From assembly GCA_951406725.2 (NCBI GenBank), contig OX597814.1, positions 85,560,001 to 85,624,000 on the forward strand: a stretch of DNA of 64,000 nt, read 5' to 3'. This DNA is from Octopus vulgaris. Lineage: Eukaryota. Numbering within the stretch: the stretch's first letter is position 1; every line of letters starts with the position of its first letter. A model generated the notes under the pieces. It searched no databases, was not told where the DNA came from, and saw only the letters and a program-made list of their open reading frames with translations. Shown piece after piece: positions 14,961 through 27,062 of this stretch. Position numbers and translations under genes: made by a program.

Positions 14961-16889
14961 ATTTTCATGGATGTTGCGGTTTCATCTTTAATTATTGACA
15001 AGATGTCGAAGGTCGTCAGAGATTATGACAATGAATGAATCAATAAACTAAATAAATATATAAAGCAGAGAAGAGAGAGAGAGAGAGAGAGAGGGGGGGA
15101 TGGACAACTGGTGAAATATTCTACAGATTAAATACACCCGCCCGAACAACTCGACAATCTCATAAATGCCGCCATTAAGTGTTCCCTAAATTTCACACGG
15201 ATTCTTTTCCTCGTTTTCCTCCTATCCTTTACTCTCACCTTCCTCAACCATCCTCCAAAACCAAAAAGAAAAAAAACCCACTGCTCTATCTCTCTTATTT
15301 CTTCAGATTCGTTTCTTTCCATGCGCTCATCCGCCCCCCAAAAAAACAGAAAGAAAAGAGAGAGAGAAAGGGAGAGAGAGAGAGAGAAAGGGAGAGAGAG
15401 AGAGAAAGGGAGAGAGAGGTGGGGAGACTATATAGGCAAAAATCTGTTGGCGTTTTTCTTATTTTATTTATTACTTCTGGACTGGAGTGTAATGGATTTG
15501 GCGAGAGTATATGGAGCGTGTTAAAAGAGATATACAGATAGACAAAGAGCGAGCGGAAGATAGAAATAGAGACAGATATATAAAGGAATATCTGAGAACG
15601 AGAGAGAGAGAGTGAGAGATGTGTTAGAGGGTTCTGGTGGCGGGAAAAGAGTGGGATGTTTATTACCTTTATGTTTCCCTTATTTTTCCAACCACGGAAA
15701 GTCGTTAGAGACGCACTAAAGACTGAAGTTCCCAATACGGTGATATATTTGCCACTCCCAAGCATTGCCTGTTAAATATCCGCAAAAATAACATTAAAAA
15801 AGAAGAAAAACCACAATAAGTCAAGTAGAAAATGTTTGAACAGAAGAACGATAGGTTGTTTTGTGTATTGTATTTATTATATTTATTGTGATAGAGTGTT
15901 ATCATAATTATAGTTTTTGTTGTTATTGTCGTTGCTCTTGTGTTAGCTTTCAATCGGATGGGACATCACTGTTTACAGAAATCACAAAAAGCAAACGAAG
16001 CTACAATAAAAAAAAAATAGAAGAAAAACGTAAGAAAACAAAAAATAAAAACCCTCCACCGCAGAAAAAAAAAAGAAAAAAAATTGACGACATCGATGAA
16101 CAGCTAAAATGGTTTTATCCGCCCGGATATAACGGGAAACGAACCGTGAAAAGGAAAAATAACATTTCTAAATGAGAGGAAAAAAATAACACAAAACAAA
16201 AGATTAATCGGTGCAAAGCTGTTAATGTGCAAGTGCATTAGATTAAATTGGAATGGTTTCACACAATAAAAACAAGCCAAGCGTTATTGGTTGTGGAAAG
16301 TGGGGTTAGAAGACTAGCAATGCCCTCACTGTTGACATCATTTTATAAATACAGTTACAGCCACATCTTATAAATATAATACCCATATAATGTGACTGGC
16401 TTGGCTTCATTCAACCAGCAATCTGCTTTCCTCAATTCTATTTCTTTTTTTCTTTTCTTTCCTTTAATGGTAACATTAAAGGATTTACAAGACTATTTTC
16501 GGTGGTAGTGTTTGTTTCGCCTGCATTCAATCCCAATCAAGCGAGCCCCCGATTAAAAGTATTCTAATCATGATCAGTCATTTCACGGTGTAAGTTATAT
16601 TTAATGCCACTTGAACTTAAATGAATCGGTAAGATGTGGTATAAAGGAGATTTGGCTGCTGCTTCTCGCAAGTCGAGCAACCATGTAGAGAAGCATTCAT
16701 TACCTCGTTAAGATTGTAGGTTATGCCAATGTAGCTCTGAACCGAGCAGATATGATTAAGGGCTAAAAGCCATTCGTATTTGAATGTATCAAAAATTTCA
16801 TCACACGGTGTGTGTGTCCCAATTTCAAAACAGTAGGCTGCTGGATTACGCTACGATGCTCGGGAACAGCACTTTTTTCTAATGGGTAA

Positions 16890-17280
16890 ATAAATATTTA
16901 TAAAATCAAAGGTAGAACAGAAAAAACACAACAAACGGAAACCGTCAAAACACAACATGCGGAAAAAAAGGACAATAGCACAACAACGGTAAACAGGACA
17001 AAACAGAGTACACGGATCATCCGCAGCAAATTGCCTCTTCAGTCGGAGTCCGGAATGTCAATGTAGTTTCTCCCACTTATCTCCGATACTACTCGAAACC
17101 GGCTGGGCCAGGGACTTAAGCTAAAAGCATTAAGCCTCTGGGCAAAGCAAACATATACGAAAACAAATAAGTAAACAAGAGAAAGGGTCTTTCGACTATC
17201 AGACGTGGGTAGTAAGTTAGCGCAAGGAAAATAGAAATGGAAAATCTTAACAGACCGGGCGGCAGGACAGAACAGAAAAG
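16890..17280 (-). repeat. dispersed non-coding repeat related to 19710-20400
   Basis: Shared blocks in the same order: tcttcagtc, taagctaa(a/g)agcatta and gtctttcgact. Confidence 0.55.
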
Positions 17281-17308
17281 AGGCTACCTCTCTCCCCCCT
17301 CTCTCTCT

Positions 17309-17392
<84 letters not shown>

Positions 17393-17396
<4 letters not shown>

Positions 17397-17846
17397 GGAT
17401 GAATGAATTATCCTTTGTTTACCGTTAACATGGAAAATTCAATAAACAGTTACCAGGGTAGCAAAATTCACGCAAGTAACAAGGATGTAGCGACCTATTC
17501 AAAGCTAGAAACTCCGGGTTAATGTGCATTAATTTGTGTAGTATAAGTAAATATGTGGAGTTGAACGCAGATGCTATTCAAATTCTTTTACTTTCGACAT
17601 ATGTTTCGAAGACAACATTGGTTTTATTCCAAAGGAATAAACGGTGTAAAATGCAATCTTCTCATCAGGAAAGAAAGAGAGCCTAAAGGATTTTGTAACA
17701 TTTGCAACTCTGAACTCTTCCATATTCTCTTTTCTAAGAATCACCTTGTTAACACACTTATAGAGCGATCTTACAAATGTAAGCACTGGCAGAAACATAC
17801 TTTAGCTCATATAAGTGATTTTGCCAGTCTTTATAGTTTGAACAGT

Positions 17847-17848
<2 letters not shown>
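17393..17848. mobile_element. two-armed PLE remnant in (TA)n: minus-strand 3' end/pLTR joined to a plus-strand GIY-YIG C-terminus
   Basis: From about 17680 the plus strand reads KGFCNICNSELFHILFSKNHLVNTLIERSYKCKHWQKH, homologous to ORF 49087-49602. 17393-17673 is a reverse-complement homolog of 49868-50146. Confidence 0.85.
17591..17673 (-). ncRNA. type I hammerhead ribozyme (canonical core)
   Basis: Minus strand: ctttc-CTGATGA-gaaga...tcttc-GAAAC-atat-GTC-gaaag. Confidence 0.85.
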
Positions 17849-17903
<55 letters not shown>

Positions 17904-17905
<2 letters not shown>

Positions 17906-18930
17906 GGTCATCCCATAAATAATGCAGGGATGGCAATTGCATGAACTAAAAGTCGGACGAGGACGGGATAAACTACCTGCATCAAGGCAGGTAGTAATTT
18001 TACCTTATTCTTAGTGCAAGTTTTGAAGAGTTAATTTAACAATTAATTTTTTAAAGCTATAATGGAAGTGACAGAGGAGCATATCTGGCATATTTTGCTT
18101 TATGAATTCAATAAAGGCAACAACGCAACGGAAAATGCGTGGAATATTAATGCAGTATATAGTGATCGGACAATAAGCGTAAGCCAGTGTCAACGGTAGT
18201 TCCAGAAATTTCGAGCCACAAACTACAGCCTAGAAGACAAGCCTAGAATCTGTAAAGTTCGACGAGAGCATCCTGCAAACCCTGGTGGAGTAAAATCCTA
18301 TCGTAACTGTTGAGGAACAAGTAGAGAAGCTTGGATTTGGTCATACAACCATTCATCAACACCTGCGTACCATCGGAAAAGTCAGCAAATTGGGTCAATG
18401 GGTTCCTCACAAACTGCCCGAGTCTAATCGCGCGCAGCGTGTGAATGTGTACTCTTCTTTGCTGTCACGTCTCACGAATGAAACATTTTTGGACCGAATA
18501 ATGACTGGTGACAAGAAATGGATTCTCTATAAAAATGTCAAGCGCCGAGACAGTGGGTAGGGAAAGGAGAAATACTGTCACCGCAGGCCTAAGAAGGTTT
18601 TCACGGCGTTGTTATTTCTTTGGTGGAATATGAAAGGTTTAGTTCAGGAGATCTACTGCTAGCAGCTTGAGTCAATACTGGAAGAAAAACGACCATCTCT
18701 GGTTTCAAGACGAAAAGTGTTCTTCCATCAGGATAATGCTCGGCCACATACAGCGAGGATTGCGTTCCAAAGTGTGGAGCAGTTTGAATGGGAAACGATG
18801 CCCCATCACTATATTCGCCGGACATTGTCCCATCTGATTATCATTTATTCCGCAGTTTTCAAAATCATTTGGACGGAAAAATATGAATTTTGTAGACGAG
18901 ATCAGAACAGGAGTATTTTTCGTCACTGAC
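17904..18930 (+). mobile_element. mariner (DD34D) element with pseudogenised transposase
   Basis: End cgggtcatcccataaataatgc follows (TA)n. From 18062: MEVTEEHIWHILLYEFNKGNNATE..., GQWVPHKL, RIMTGDKKW, FHQDNARPH, YSPDIVPSDYHLF, with stops and frameshifts. Confidence 0.93.
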
Positions 18931-19179
18931 AAATCAGTTATGAAATTTTATTATGGTTGAGAGGCATCACTTCTTTTACTTGCTACAAGCACTGGACAGC
19001 GGCCATGCTGGAGCATGCCTAAAAAATGGGTTTCATCAAATATATTCATCATAATACTTACTTTATGGCTATTATTTTAAAAATACCCTTTTGTAGGGAA
19101 CAAAGAGCATTAGTTTCCAAGCGATGTCAAAATAAAAACAGACAATTGCACCTACACTAACTAGCTATCACACATACAT

Positions 19180-19237
<58 letters not shown>

Positions 19238-19239
<2 letters not shown>

Positions 19240-19447
19240 TTTTATTCATTTACTTGTTTCAGTCATTTGATTATAACCATGCTAGAGCACCGCCTTTTAG
19301 TTGAATAAATCGACCCCTGGACTTATTCTTTGTAAGCCTAGTATTTATTCTATCGGTCTCTATTGCCAAACCGCTAGGTTACGGGGACGTAAATACACCA
19401 ACATCAACTTTGAAGCGAGGGTGGGGGACAAACACAGACAGAGACAC

Positions 19448-19478
<31 letters not shown>

Positions 19479-19658
19479 TACACACACACACATATGTATG
19501 ACGGGCTTCTTTCAGTCTCCATCTACCAAATCCACTCACAAGGCTTTGGTCTTCCCGAGGCTATAGTAGAAGATACCTGTTCAAGATGTCACGCAGTGGG
19601 ACTGAGCCTGGAACCATATGATTGGGAAGCAAGCTTCTTACCACACAGCCACCCTGCA

Positions 19659-19660
<2 letters not shown>
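19238..19660 (-). mobile_element. SINE family A, full length
   Basis: Colinear with 9714-10150. Confidence 0.88.
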
Positions 19661-19700
<40 letters not shown>

Positions 19701-19709
19701 TATATATAT

Positions 19710-21160
19710 AAAATAAAATACAGAATGGGACAAGAACGCAAAACATCCGGACAACTAGGTGATACAACAAAACATCCAGATAGACGATACAAAAAAAAAA
19801 CAAGGACGGGTCATTCGAAGCCTTTTATCTTCAGTCAAGAACCGGATCATCCTTGCAATTTCGACTGATTAATCTAGAGATTGCTCCAATCTGGCCAACC
19901 CCAAGGAAAAACTAAGCTAAGAGCATTAGATTCCTTGTAAAAAAGCAACGAAACAAGGACGGGAAAACAGACGATGTTAAATACAAAATACAATAAAAAA
20001 CAATAAAAATAATGATAACAGGACATAAAACCGGCGTCTTTCGACTGGAAACGAATTGAATTCAGCTGGCGTGTATGGAAAATAAGCCTTACGGCAGAGG
20101 GAAGAATATCGACGTGGCAGTGACCACAGTCAAACGCAAAAGGGCTAGCAGTCGGCCAACGATCACGTGAGAAGAGAAGAGAGAGAAAAAGAGGAACAAA
20201 GGAATTAAGGAGGGGAGAAGAGAGAGAGAGAGAGAGAGCGAGAGAGAGTGTGTAGAAGATAGACTGAAGAATCAAGGAGTGGCGAGAAAAAAAGAGAGAC
20301 ATAGTGAAGTGCAAAGTAAGGAAGGCAAAGAAATGTGAGAGAGTGGGGAGATGCGGTTAATTAAATAAAAAGATAAGAATAAACCACAACGCGAGGACAT
20401 AGCACATGCAAAGTATTAATCAGACGCTCAGAGAAGAAAGAGTGGCTGTTTTATATTTTGAGCATAGGACTTCTTCGGACAGGAAGGAGGCAAAAATCAC
20501 TAACAGTCCATGTGTAGTTACAGTTTTAAAATGACCGGGAATAGATGGACAAGAGAAAGTGCTTTCTGGGAGAGGGGAGTGGGAAGAATGGTTGGAATTT
20601 TCTTGTGCGTATGTGTGTGCGCACGCGCGCGTTTTGTGGCGTGTGTGTGTGTGTGTGTGTACCTGTGTGGTGGCGTATGTGTATCTGTGTGATAGCGTGT
20701 GGTGTTGGTGGCACGTCTGTGTGTGCGTGATAGCATGTGTATGTATGGTAACGTGTGTATGTGGCAGTAACTGAATGTCTGTACGTGGTTGCGTGTGCGT
20801 GTGGCGATAATTGTGTGTGTATGTACGTGGTGTATGGCATTAACTGTGTGTCTGTATTTTTAATTGTTTACATGTATTTGTGCTGTGTGAGTGGTCTCTG
20901 TGTATGTTAATGTCGTAGTGAGAGATCAGTAGCTATAGTGGCAGGTGTGTCTATGGGAGGTTGTGACAGTTTGTGTTTCTGCCCATATGCGAAGATGGGA
21001 TGGTCAGTAATGAGTCGGGGGTAGTTTGAAGGGTGTCTGAGAGGTAGCCTGAAGCAGTCTGAAGGGTGTGTAAATGGGTGGTGTGGATATGTGTGTGTGT
21101 TGGCATATGTACGTAGATGGAGTGGGAATGCGTGTGTATGTGTGTGTGTGTGTGTGTGTC
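19710..21160 (-). repeat. (TA)n-flanked non-coding repeats, probably PLE-derived 3' ends
   Basis: A cacgtga..tggcc block is shared with 50860-51000 and 51465-51615. Minus-strand ccgaagaagtcctatgctcaaaat at about 20455-20480 resembles the PLE end at 59410-59505. Confidence 0.45.
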
Positions 21161-21174
21161 TCACTCTCTATACG

Positions 21175-21247
<73 letters not shown>

Positions 21248-21337
21248 ATAAAACGGTAAGATAACAAAAGAAAGAAAGAGACCTCAATATTATGTAAATA
21301 GAGGAAATTTATCTATACAATATGTTACATTACTCGG

Positions 21338-21411
21338 TAGTCAAGATAAAACTCTGAGTTTCAGATGCCGAAGTGGAAATCCACAACACCATCTCTTCGG
21401 TTATCTGGCTA
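21338..21411 (-). ncRNA. hammerhead-like motif in the PLE 3' region (mirror of 24006-24079)
   Basis: Reverse complement of the 24006-24079 motif. Confidence 0.6.
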
Positions 21412-21600
21412 TTTGAAAACGTTATGAAAAAATACCGTTAAAAATGAAGGGAAATTACTCTGTTATAACTCTGCTTTGCCTGTGTACTTATACATCGCTC
21501 GCATTTTTCGTCATAAAAATTATATAAAAATACATAAAAATATATAAAAATATATAAAAATATATAAAATCTTCTTGGGACATAACACAGAAAGCATGTT

Positions 21601-22640
21601 CTATCCGTTTTCTTTAGGGGACCAAAAACGTAACAGAAATTTAGTCACATGTGGGCATGATCCGAAAAGTTCTGTCCTTGTATTTAGACATGTGGTAGGG
21701 TCTAAGCTGCTTTTCCAGATAAGCCATCTCTCCATGTCGCATAAACCGCACCTTCCGCTGCCGTTAGTATAGGGCTTACATCTGGCCAAAATCTTCCATT
21801 GTATGTTATAATCGACACCTTTATCTCTTAAAGACCAAATATGATTGGATAATTGTGTCGCTTTTCTTTTGTTCCAGTGCCTAAAGCTCAAAGTGTGGTT
21901 ATTGAACCTGGCCTTGAAATTACCCTCTGTCAGGCCCACGTATTTCTTCGTCAAAACGGTGTCTTTAGTGGTTATAGAGTTTACGGTAGCTTCATATATG
22001 ATGGTCTTGGACATGCAAGCTCCATTTAGCGGGCACAATTCTTTATTCCTGCATGAACAGCTGTTTTCTTCTTGTGTTTTATGTATGTTATGATTGATTA
22101 TGTTTTTAAAATTGGTAGTTGAACTAAAACTAATTTTTAAATTGTGTCTATTGAAGAGTTTCCTATAAGCATGGTTAACTGGAAAATGTCTATCTATCAG
22201 TGCTAGGAAATATTTACCTATATTGAAGGCCACCTCGGGTGAGTAAGGGGGCGTAAACCAGATGACCTTCCTATTTCTATTATTCCTTTTCCTTATTGTT
22301 GGGCTGGTGATAGGTGTATATTTTATTTTTTCGCTAAAACCACTATCTTTTAAAGCTTTATTATAAACTGGGGCAACGCTATTGAAGATGTCCTCATTAG
22401 ATGAGAGGCTAGAAATCCTCTTACTAATATTTTTAACTAAATTTTTGAATACTATAGGGGGATGGCATGAACCTACATTAATATAACTTAGTCTATCATT
22501 GGGCTTCCTATAAGGCTTATAAATATTATTATTAAGATCTAAGGAAACGTCTAAGAAATTGACAACCGTCAGGTTAGTGTCTATAGTTATACTAAGTCCG
22601 AAGTGTTTCATTAACTGGATAATATCCTTCCTAAAACGAT
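21601..22640 (-). CDS. PLE ORF, truncated: RT C-terminus/thumb, CxCx5Cx5C linker, GIY-YIG endonuclease
   Basis: NFLDVSLDL, YRKPND, HPP, RKVIWFTPPYS, CSCRNKELCPLNGAC, IIYEATV...YVGLTEGNFKARFNNH, LSNHIWSL, CGLC..E, LN.R.E...C.H. Confidence 0.9.
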
Positions 22641-23816
22641 GATGGGGCAGGCATCTGTGATCTAATTGGACTCTTTCTCCTAGATACCTTCAGTAAGACA
22701 TTCCCTAACGTACATTTCGCCATCTACAAAGATGATGCCCTCGCCTTAACAGCTAATACAAATGGACCAGCACAAGATCGTTTTAGGAAGGATATTATCC
22801 AGTTAATGAAACACTTCGGACTTAGTATAACTATAGACACTAACCTGACGGTTGTCAATTTCTTAGACGTTTCCTTAGATCTTAATAATAATATTTATAA
22901 GCCTTATAGGAAGCCCAATGATAGACTAAGTTATATTAATGTAGGTTCATGCCATCCCCCTATAGTATTCAAAAATTTAGTTAAAAATATTAGTAAGAGG
23001 ATTTCTAGCCTCTCATCTAATGAGGACATCTTCAATAGCGTTGCCCCAGTTTATAATAAAGCTTTAAAAGATAGTGGTTTTAGCGAAAAAATAAAATATA
23101 CACCTATCACCAGCCCAACAATAAGGAAAAGGAATAATAGAAATAGGAAGGTCATCTGGTTTACGCCCCCTTACTCACCCGAGGTGGCCTTCAATATAGG
23201 TAAATATTTCCTAGCACTGATAGATAGACATTTTCCAGTTAACCATGCTTATAGGAAACTCTTCAATAGACACAATTTAAAAATTAGTTTTAATTCAACT
23301 ACCAATTTTAAAAACATAATCAATCATAACATACAAAAAACACAAGAAGAAAACAGCTGTTCATGCAGGAATAAAGAATTGTGCCCGCTAAATGGAGCTT
23401 GCATGTCCAAGACCATCATATATGAAGCTACCGTAAACTCTATAACCACTAAAGACACCGTTTTGACGAAGAAATACGTGGGCCTGACAGAGGGTAATTT
23501 CAAGGCCAGGTTCAATAACCACACTTTGAGCTTTAGGCACTGGAACAAAAGAAAAGCGACACAATTATCCAATCATATTTGGTCTTTAAGAGATAAAGGT
23601 GTCGATTATAACATACAATGGAAGATTTTGGCCAGATGTAAGCCCTATACTAACGGCAGCGGAAGGTGCGGTTTATGCGACATGGAGAGATGGCTTATCT
23701 GGAAAAGCAGCTTAGACCCTACCACATGTCTAAATACAAGGACAAAACTTTTCGGATCATGCCCACATGTGACTAAATTTCTGTTACGTTTTTGGTCCCC
23801 TAAAGAAAACGGATAG
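22641..23816 (+). CDS. PLE ORF, 5'-truncated: RT with YKDD motif, thumb, Cys linker, GIY-YIG endonuclease
   Basis: The frame is open 55 codons upstream of the Met at 22806: DGAGICDLIGLFLLDTFSKTFPNVHFAIYKDDALAL. No internal stops. RT motifs upstream of motif 4 are missing. Confidence 0.92.
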   Translation, partial: DGAGICDLIGLFLLDTFSKTFPNVHFAIYKDDALALTANTNGPAQDRFRKDIIQLMKHFGLSITIDTNLTVVNFLDVSLDLNNNIYKPYRKPNDRLSYINVGSCHPPIVFKNLVKNISKRISSLSSNEDIFNSVAPVYNKALKDSGFSEKIKYTPITSPTIRKRNNRNRKVIWFTPPYSPEVAFNIGKYFLALIDRHFPVNHAYRKLFNRHNLKISFNSTTNFKNIINHNIQKTQEENSCSCRNKELCPLNGACMSKTIIYEATVNSITTKDTVLTKKYVGLTEGNFKARFNNHTLSFRHWNKRKATQLSNHIWSLRDKGVDYNIQWKILARCKPYTNGSGRCGLCDMERWLIWKSSLDPTTCLNTRTKLFGSCPHVTKFLLRFWSPKENG

Positions 23817-24005
23817 AACATGCTTTCTGTGTTATGTCCCAAGAAGATTTTATATATTTTTATATATTTTTATATATTTTTATGTATTTTTATATAATTT
23901 TTATGACGAAAAATGCGAGCGATGTATAAGTACGCAGGCAAAGCAGAGTTATAACAGAGTAATTTCCCTTCATTTTTAACGGTATTTTTTCATAACGTTT
24001 TCAAA

Positions 24006-24079
24006 TAGCCAGATAACCGAAGAGATGGTGTTGTGGATTTCCACTTCGGCATCTGAAACTCAGAGTTTTATCTTGACTA
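24006..24079 (+). ncRNA. type I hammerhead-like motif in the PLE 3' region (variant core)
   Basis: agataa-CCGAAGA-gatg...gtggatttccac...catc-t-GAAAC-tcaga-GTT-ttatct. Has U4->C, an extra U before G12, and a GUU site. Confidence 0.6.
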
Positions 24080-24102
24080 CCGAGTAATGTAACATATTGT
24101 AT

Positions 24103-24143
<41 letters not shown>

Positions 24144-24196
24144 TACATATATATATATGTGTATATATATATATATATATAAATGTGTGTGTGTGT

Positions 24197-25030
24197 GCAG
24201 GCGCGTGGCTTAGTGGTTAGGGTGTCAGCACCATGATCGTAAGATTGTGGTTTCGATTCCTGGAGCGGACGACGCGCTGTGTTCTTGAGCAAAACACTTC
24301 ATTTCACGTTGCTCCAGTCCACTCAGTTGGCAAAAATGAGTAAGGTTTTAAAAGGGCGCATTTATATATATTTGTATTAACATTTATATATCTGTTACAA
24401 TCTCGCGCACACACACACCCACAATCATACATGTACACGATTGTCAACTAATTTGGTCTCCGTCTCCTAAGTTTCTGTCGTAAAACATTGATGAGCGCGA
24501 GATTGTAACAGAGGACACCTTCCAAACATGCCGTGCAGTGTGACCGAATTCGAACTCTCGTTATTGTAAAGCAAGCCTATACACAGCCATGTCCATGGTT
24601 GTCCTCTTAGATTCTTTAATATCATATACAGGGGTCTGTCTCCCCAAAAATTTTATTTAACTATAAATTGGGTTTATAAAGGGAACATTTATTTTACATA
24701 CATAGTTACATGCATGCAAACATACATACAACCACAACAATTGGCACTCTGTCGGCTACGATGACGAGTGTTCCAGTTGACCCGATCAACAGAAATTAAC
24801 GTGCAAATGGCTGTATACTCCACAAACATGTGTACCCTTAACGTAGTTCTCAGGGAGAATCCACAACACAGAATGTGACAAGGCTGACCCTTTGAAATGC
24901 AGGTACTACTCACTTTTGCCAGCCGGGTGAACTGCAGCAATGTGAAATAAAGTGCTTTGGTCAAAGTCACAACGCCCCGCCGGGAATCGAACTCACGGCC
25001 TTACGATTGGGAGCCTTAATCACTAAGCTT
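24197..25030. mobile_element. SINE cluster: family C (+) 24197-24345, decayed family A (-) about 24400-24590, family C (-) 24740-25030
   Basis: tRNA-like head gcgcgtggcttagtggttagggtg...ggtttcgattcct, and homology to the other copies. Confidence 0.8.
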
Positions 25031-27062
25031 TCACATACATACATACATACATACATACATACATACATACATACATACATACATACAAACATACATACAT
25101 GTGTGTGTGTGTGTGTGTGTGTTGTATGTACATGAACTCAAGGTCAGATTTTTATAAGGGAGTATTAGAGTTGTAGGTTCTCTTGATTGACATCAGTATT
25201 TTTTCACTTGTATTTTATTGATTCTGTCTTGGGAAGGACGAAACGGGGAAGATATCATATACTGTAAAGTTATTTTAGGTCGTCGCTCTATTGTTTGTAC
25301 TGTTATGTGTATGTGTCTTTCCAAAATGTATTAGAGGGTTGTGATATGACATTCTGATAACTGGGACTCGGAAACAAGATACCGACTCAATTAGTTCCCC
25401 ATTTATCCTTACTCAAAAGCGTTTGCCTCAGCTAAATAAAGAATATTAAGTGAACCCCCTCGCGCCCTAACAGTAAAAAAAGAAAAGGGAAAATATAAAA
25501 AAGGAAAAATGAGTCTAAGGGAAATAAGTATTATTTTAAATATAAGTGGTGGACAACGAAAAGCTATTAATGTTAGGACGCATCGACGTGAAAATTTATT
25601 GATTTTGTTTTGTTTTGTATCGTTTATTTTTAAATAATTGATTAACAAGGAAGTGCATTGAAAGACAAAAGAGAATAAATTAACACGCGATAATAATCAA
25701 AGTGCATTAGTGTGTATTATTTTTAACTGATATGTATAATGGAAACATTTTCGATGACCTTTATTCGGTGTCTAACATTTCATTGGGAAACAGCCAAAGC
25801 AAGTCGAATTGTATCAGAATAATTTGCTGGCAATGTATTTGGCAGCAGAGTTTGGAGAAGGAATTTCCTCATCTTGATCTCTTGAACATGAGGACGAATA
25901 AATGAAGAAATATATTTATAATGGCTAGTACTATATATTAACAAACACTAGCTGAGCCAAATTTCAACTCTCGGTTATAGTTATTTCATGAAGTAGCTGC
26001 TTATTTATATGTTCACTCACATAAACTTCGTCTTTATAATGAAACTATTCGTATCTGAAACCGCACCAGGAACCTCTCTAGTATAACTTTCATACGCTGC
26101 CCTCCCACTCACCTTTTATGTATTGAAAGGGTCATAGATGGCTCTATCCGTGTGCCTAAAGAACTAACATTGCAATGCATTGTGGGATATAGCAAATTTA
26201 TTGTACAATGTAAGTTCTGACTGTCGTATCAAGCTAAGCCAATAATAATATTTCTTGGTCACATTAACTTTGGAAAGAAAACCTTTAGGATCTATTTTCA
26301 TACTTTCCAAGATATTTATGCTATTTAGAAAGTAAGACTATTAATATAAAGACATTTACGACTAGGTTTTAGTCTTACTGCGATTTATTATCAATACAAA
26401 TATTTGTCTTGACCAAATTTCATTGCAATGTCACGGAAACATGTTAAAAGTTGTTTCCTTAGCTCCATAAATGTCATTGGCATAGTTCTCAGTCCATCAA
26501 TAAAGAAACTGTGGATAACGTTAAGATTCCTACAGTAGTCGAACACATAATCATAAAACTTCAATATACGTAGGTGATGCAGGGACTTTAGTACCAAAGG
26601 TAGATAATGTCATAAAGAGTTGTTTTCAGAAATATTCCGTGGAAGAATCTAGTATTAACAGATTGTTATTGTTTTCTGTTTATGTTGTTAATGCAGTTTT
26701 CTACATTAAGCATAATTCTTACAATGGCATTAAGAGAATGTTGTCGGTGATAAAAAGAATTTTCTTCCTTTCTTCTTCTTCCTTTTTTTTTGTAATCCAT
26801 CCATGCTATCAAAATATATATTCTTGTTGTTCCTAGGCAAAAAAAAAAAAGAAAATGTCGAGTTTTATTTATTGGGAATTATCAAAAACTTATTCCCAAA
26901 TCATTCGTTTGCATCTTTCTTCTTCGCTAACAGTAATAACTTTGGAGTAGTTGTATACTGTCAACTTAATGTGACAGTCCCATGAAGGGAATCACACCAC
27001 TGCTATTTAGCCCTAGGAAGCATCAACAATTCCTCTCGGCCTTGACACATCTCCTGTGTCCC

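Larger units (their letters stand above)
21243..24107. mobile_element. head-to-head inverted duplication (foldback) of a 5'-truncated Naiad-type Penelope-like retroelement, inserted in (TA)n
   Basis: Arms 21310-22640 and 22777-24107 are reverse complements (paired coordinates sum to 45417). The spacer is 136 bp. The left arm carries about 65 extra bp of 3' end. (TA)n on both sides. Confidence 0.96.

Noticed and set aside
21601-23816. Divergently transcribed host gene pair
   Set aside because: Both ORFs are 5'-truncated retroelement fragments and the spacer is RT coding sequence, not a promoter.
23895-23945. Possible SECIS (atgac...aa...cgat) in the PLE 3' UTR, since some Naiad PLEs encode selenoproteins
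   Set aside because: The spacing is too short for SECIS helix II and the visible ORF has no in-frame TGA. SECISearch would settle it.
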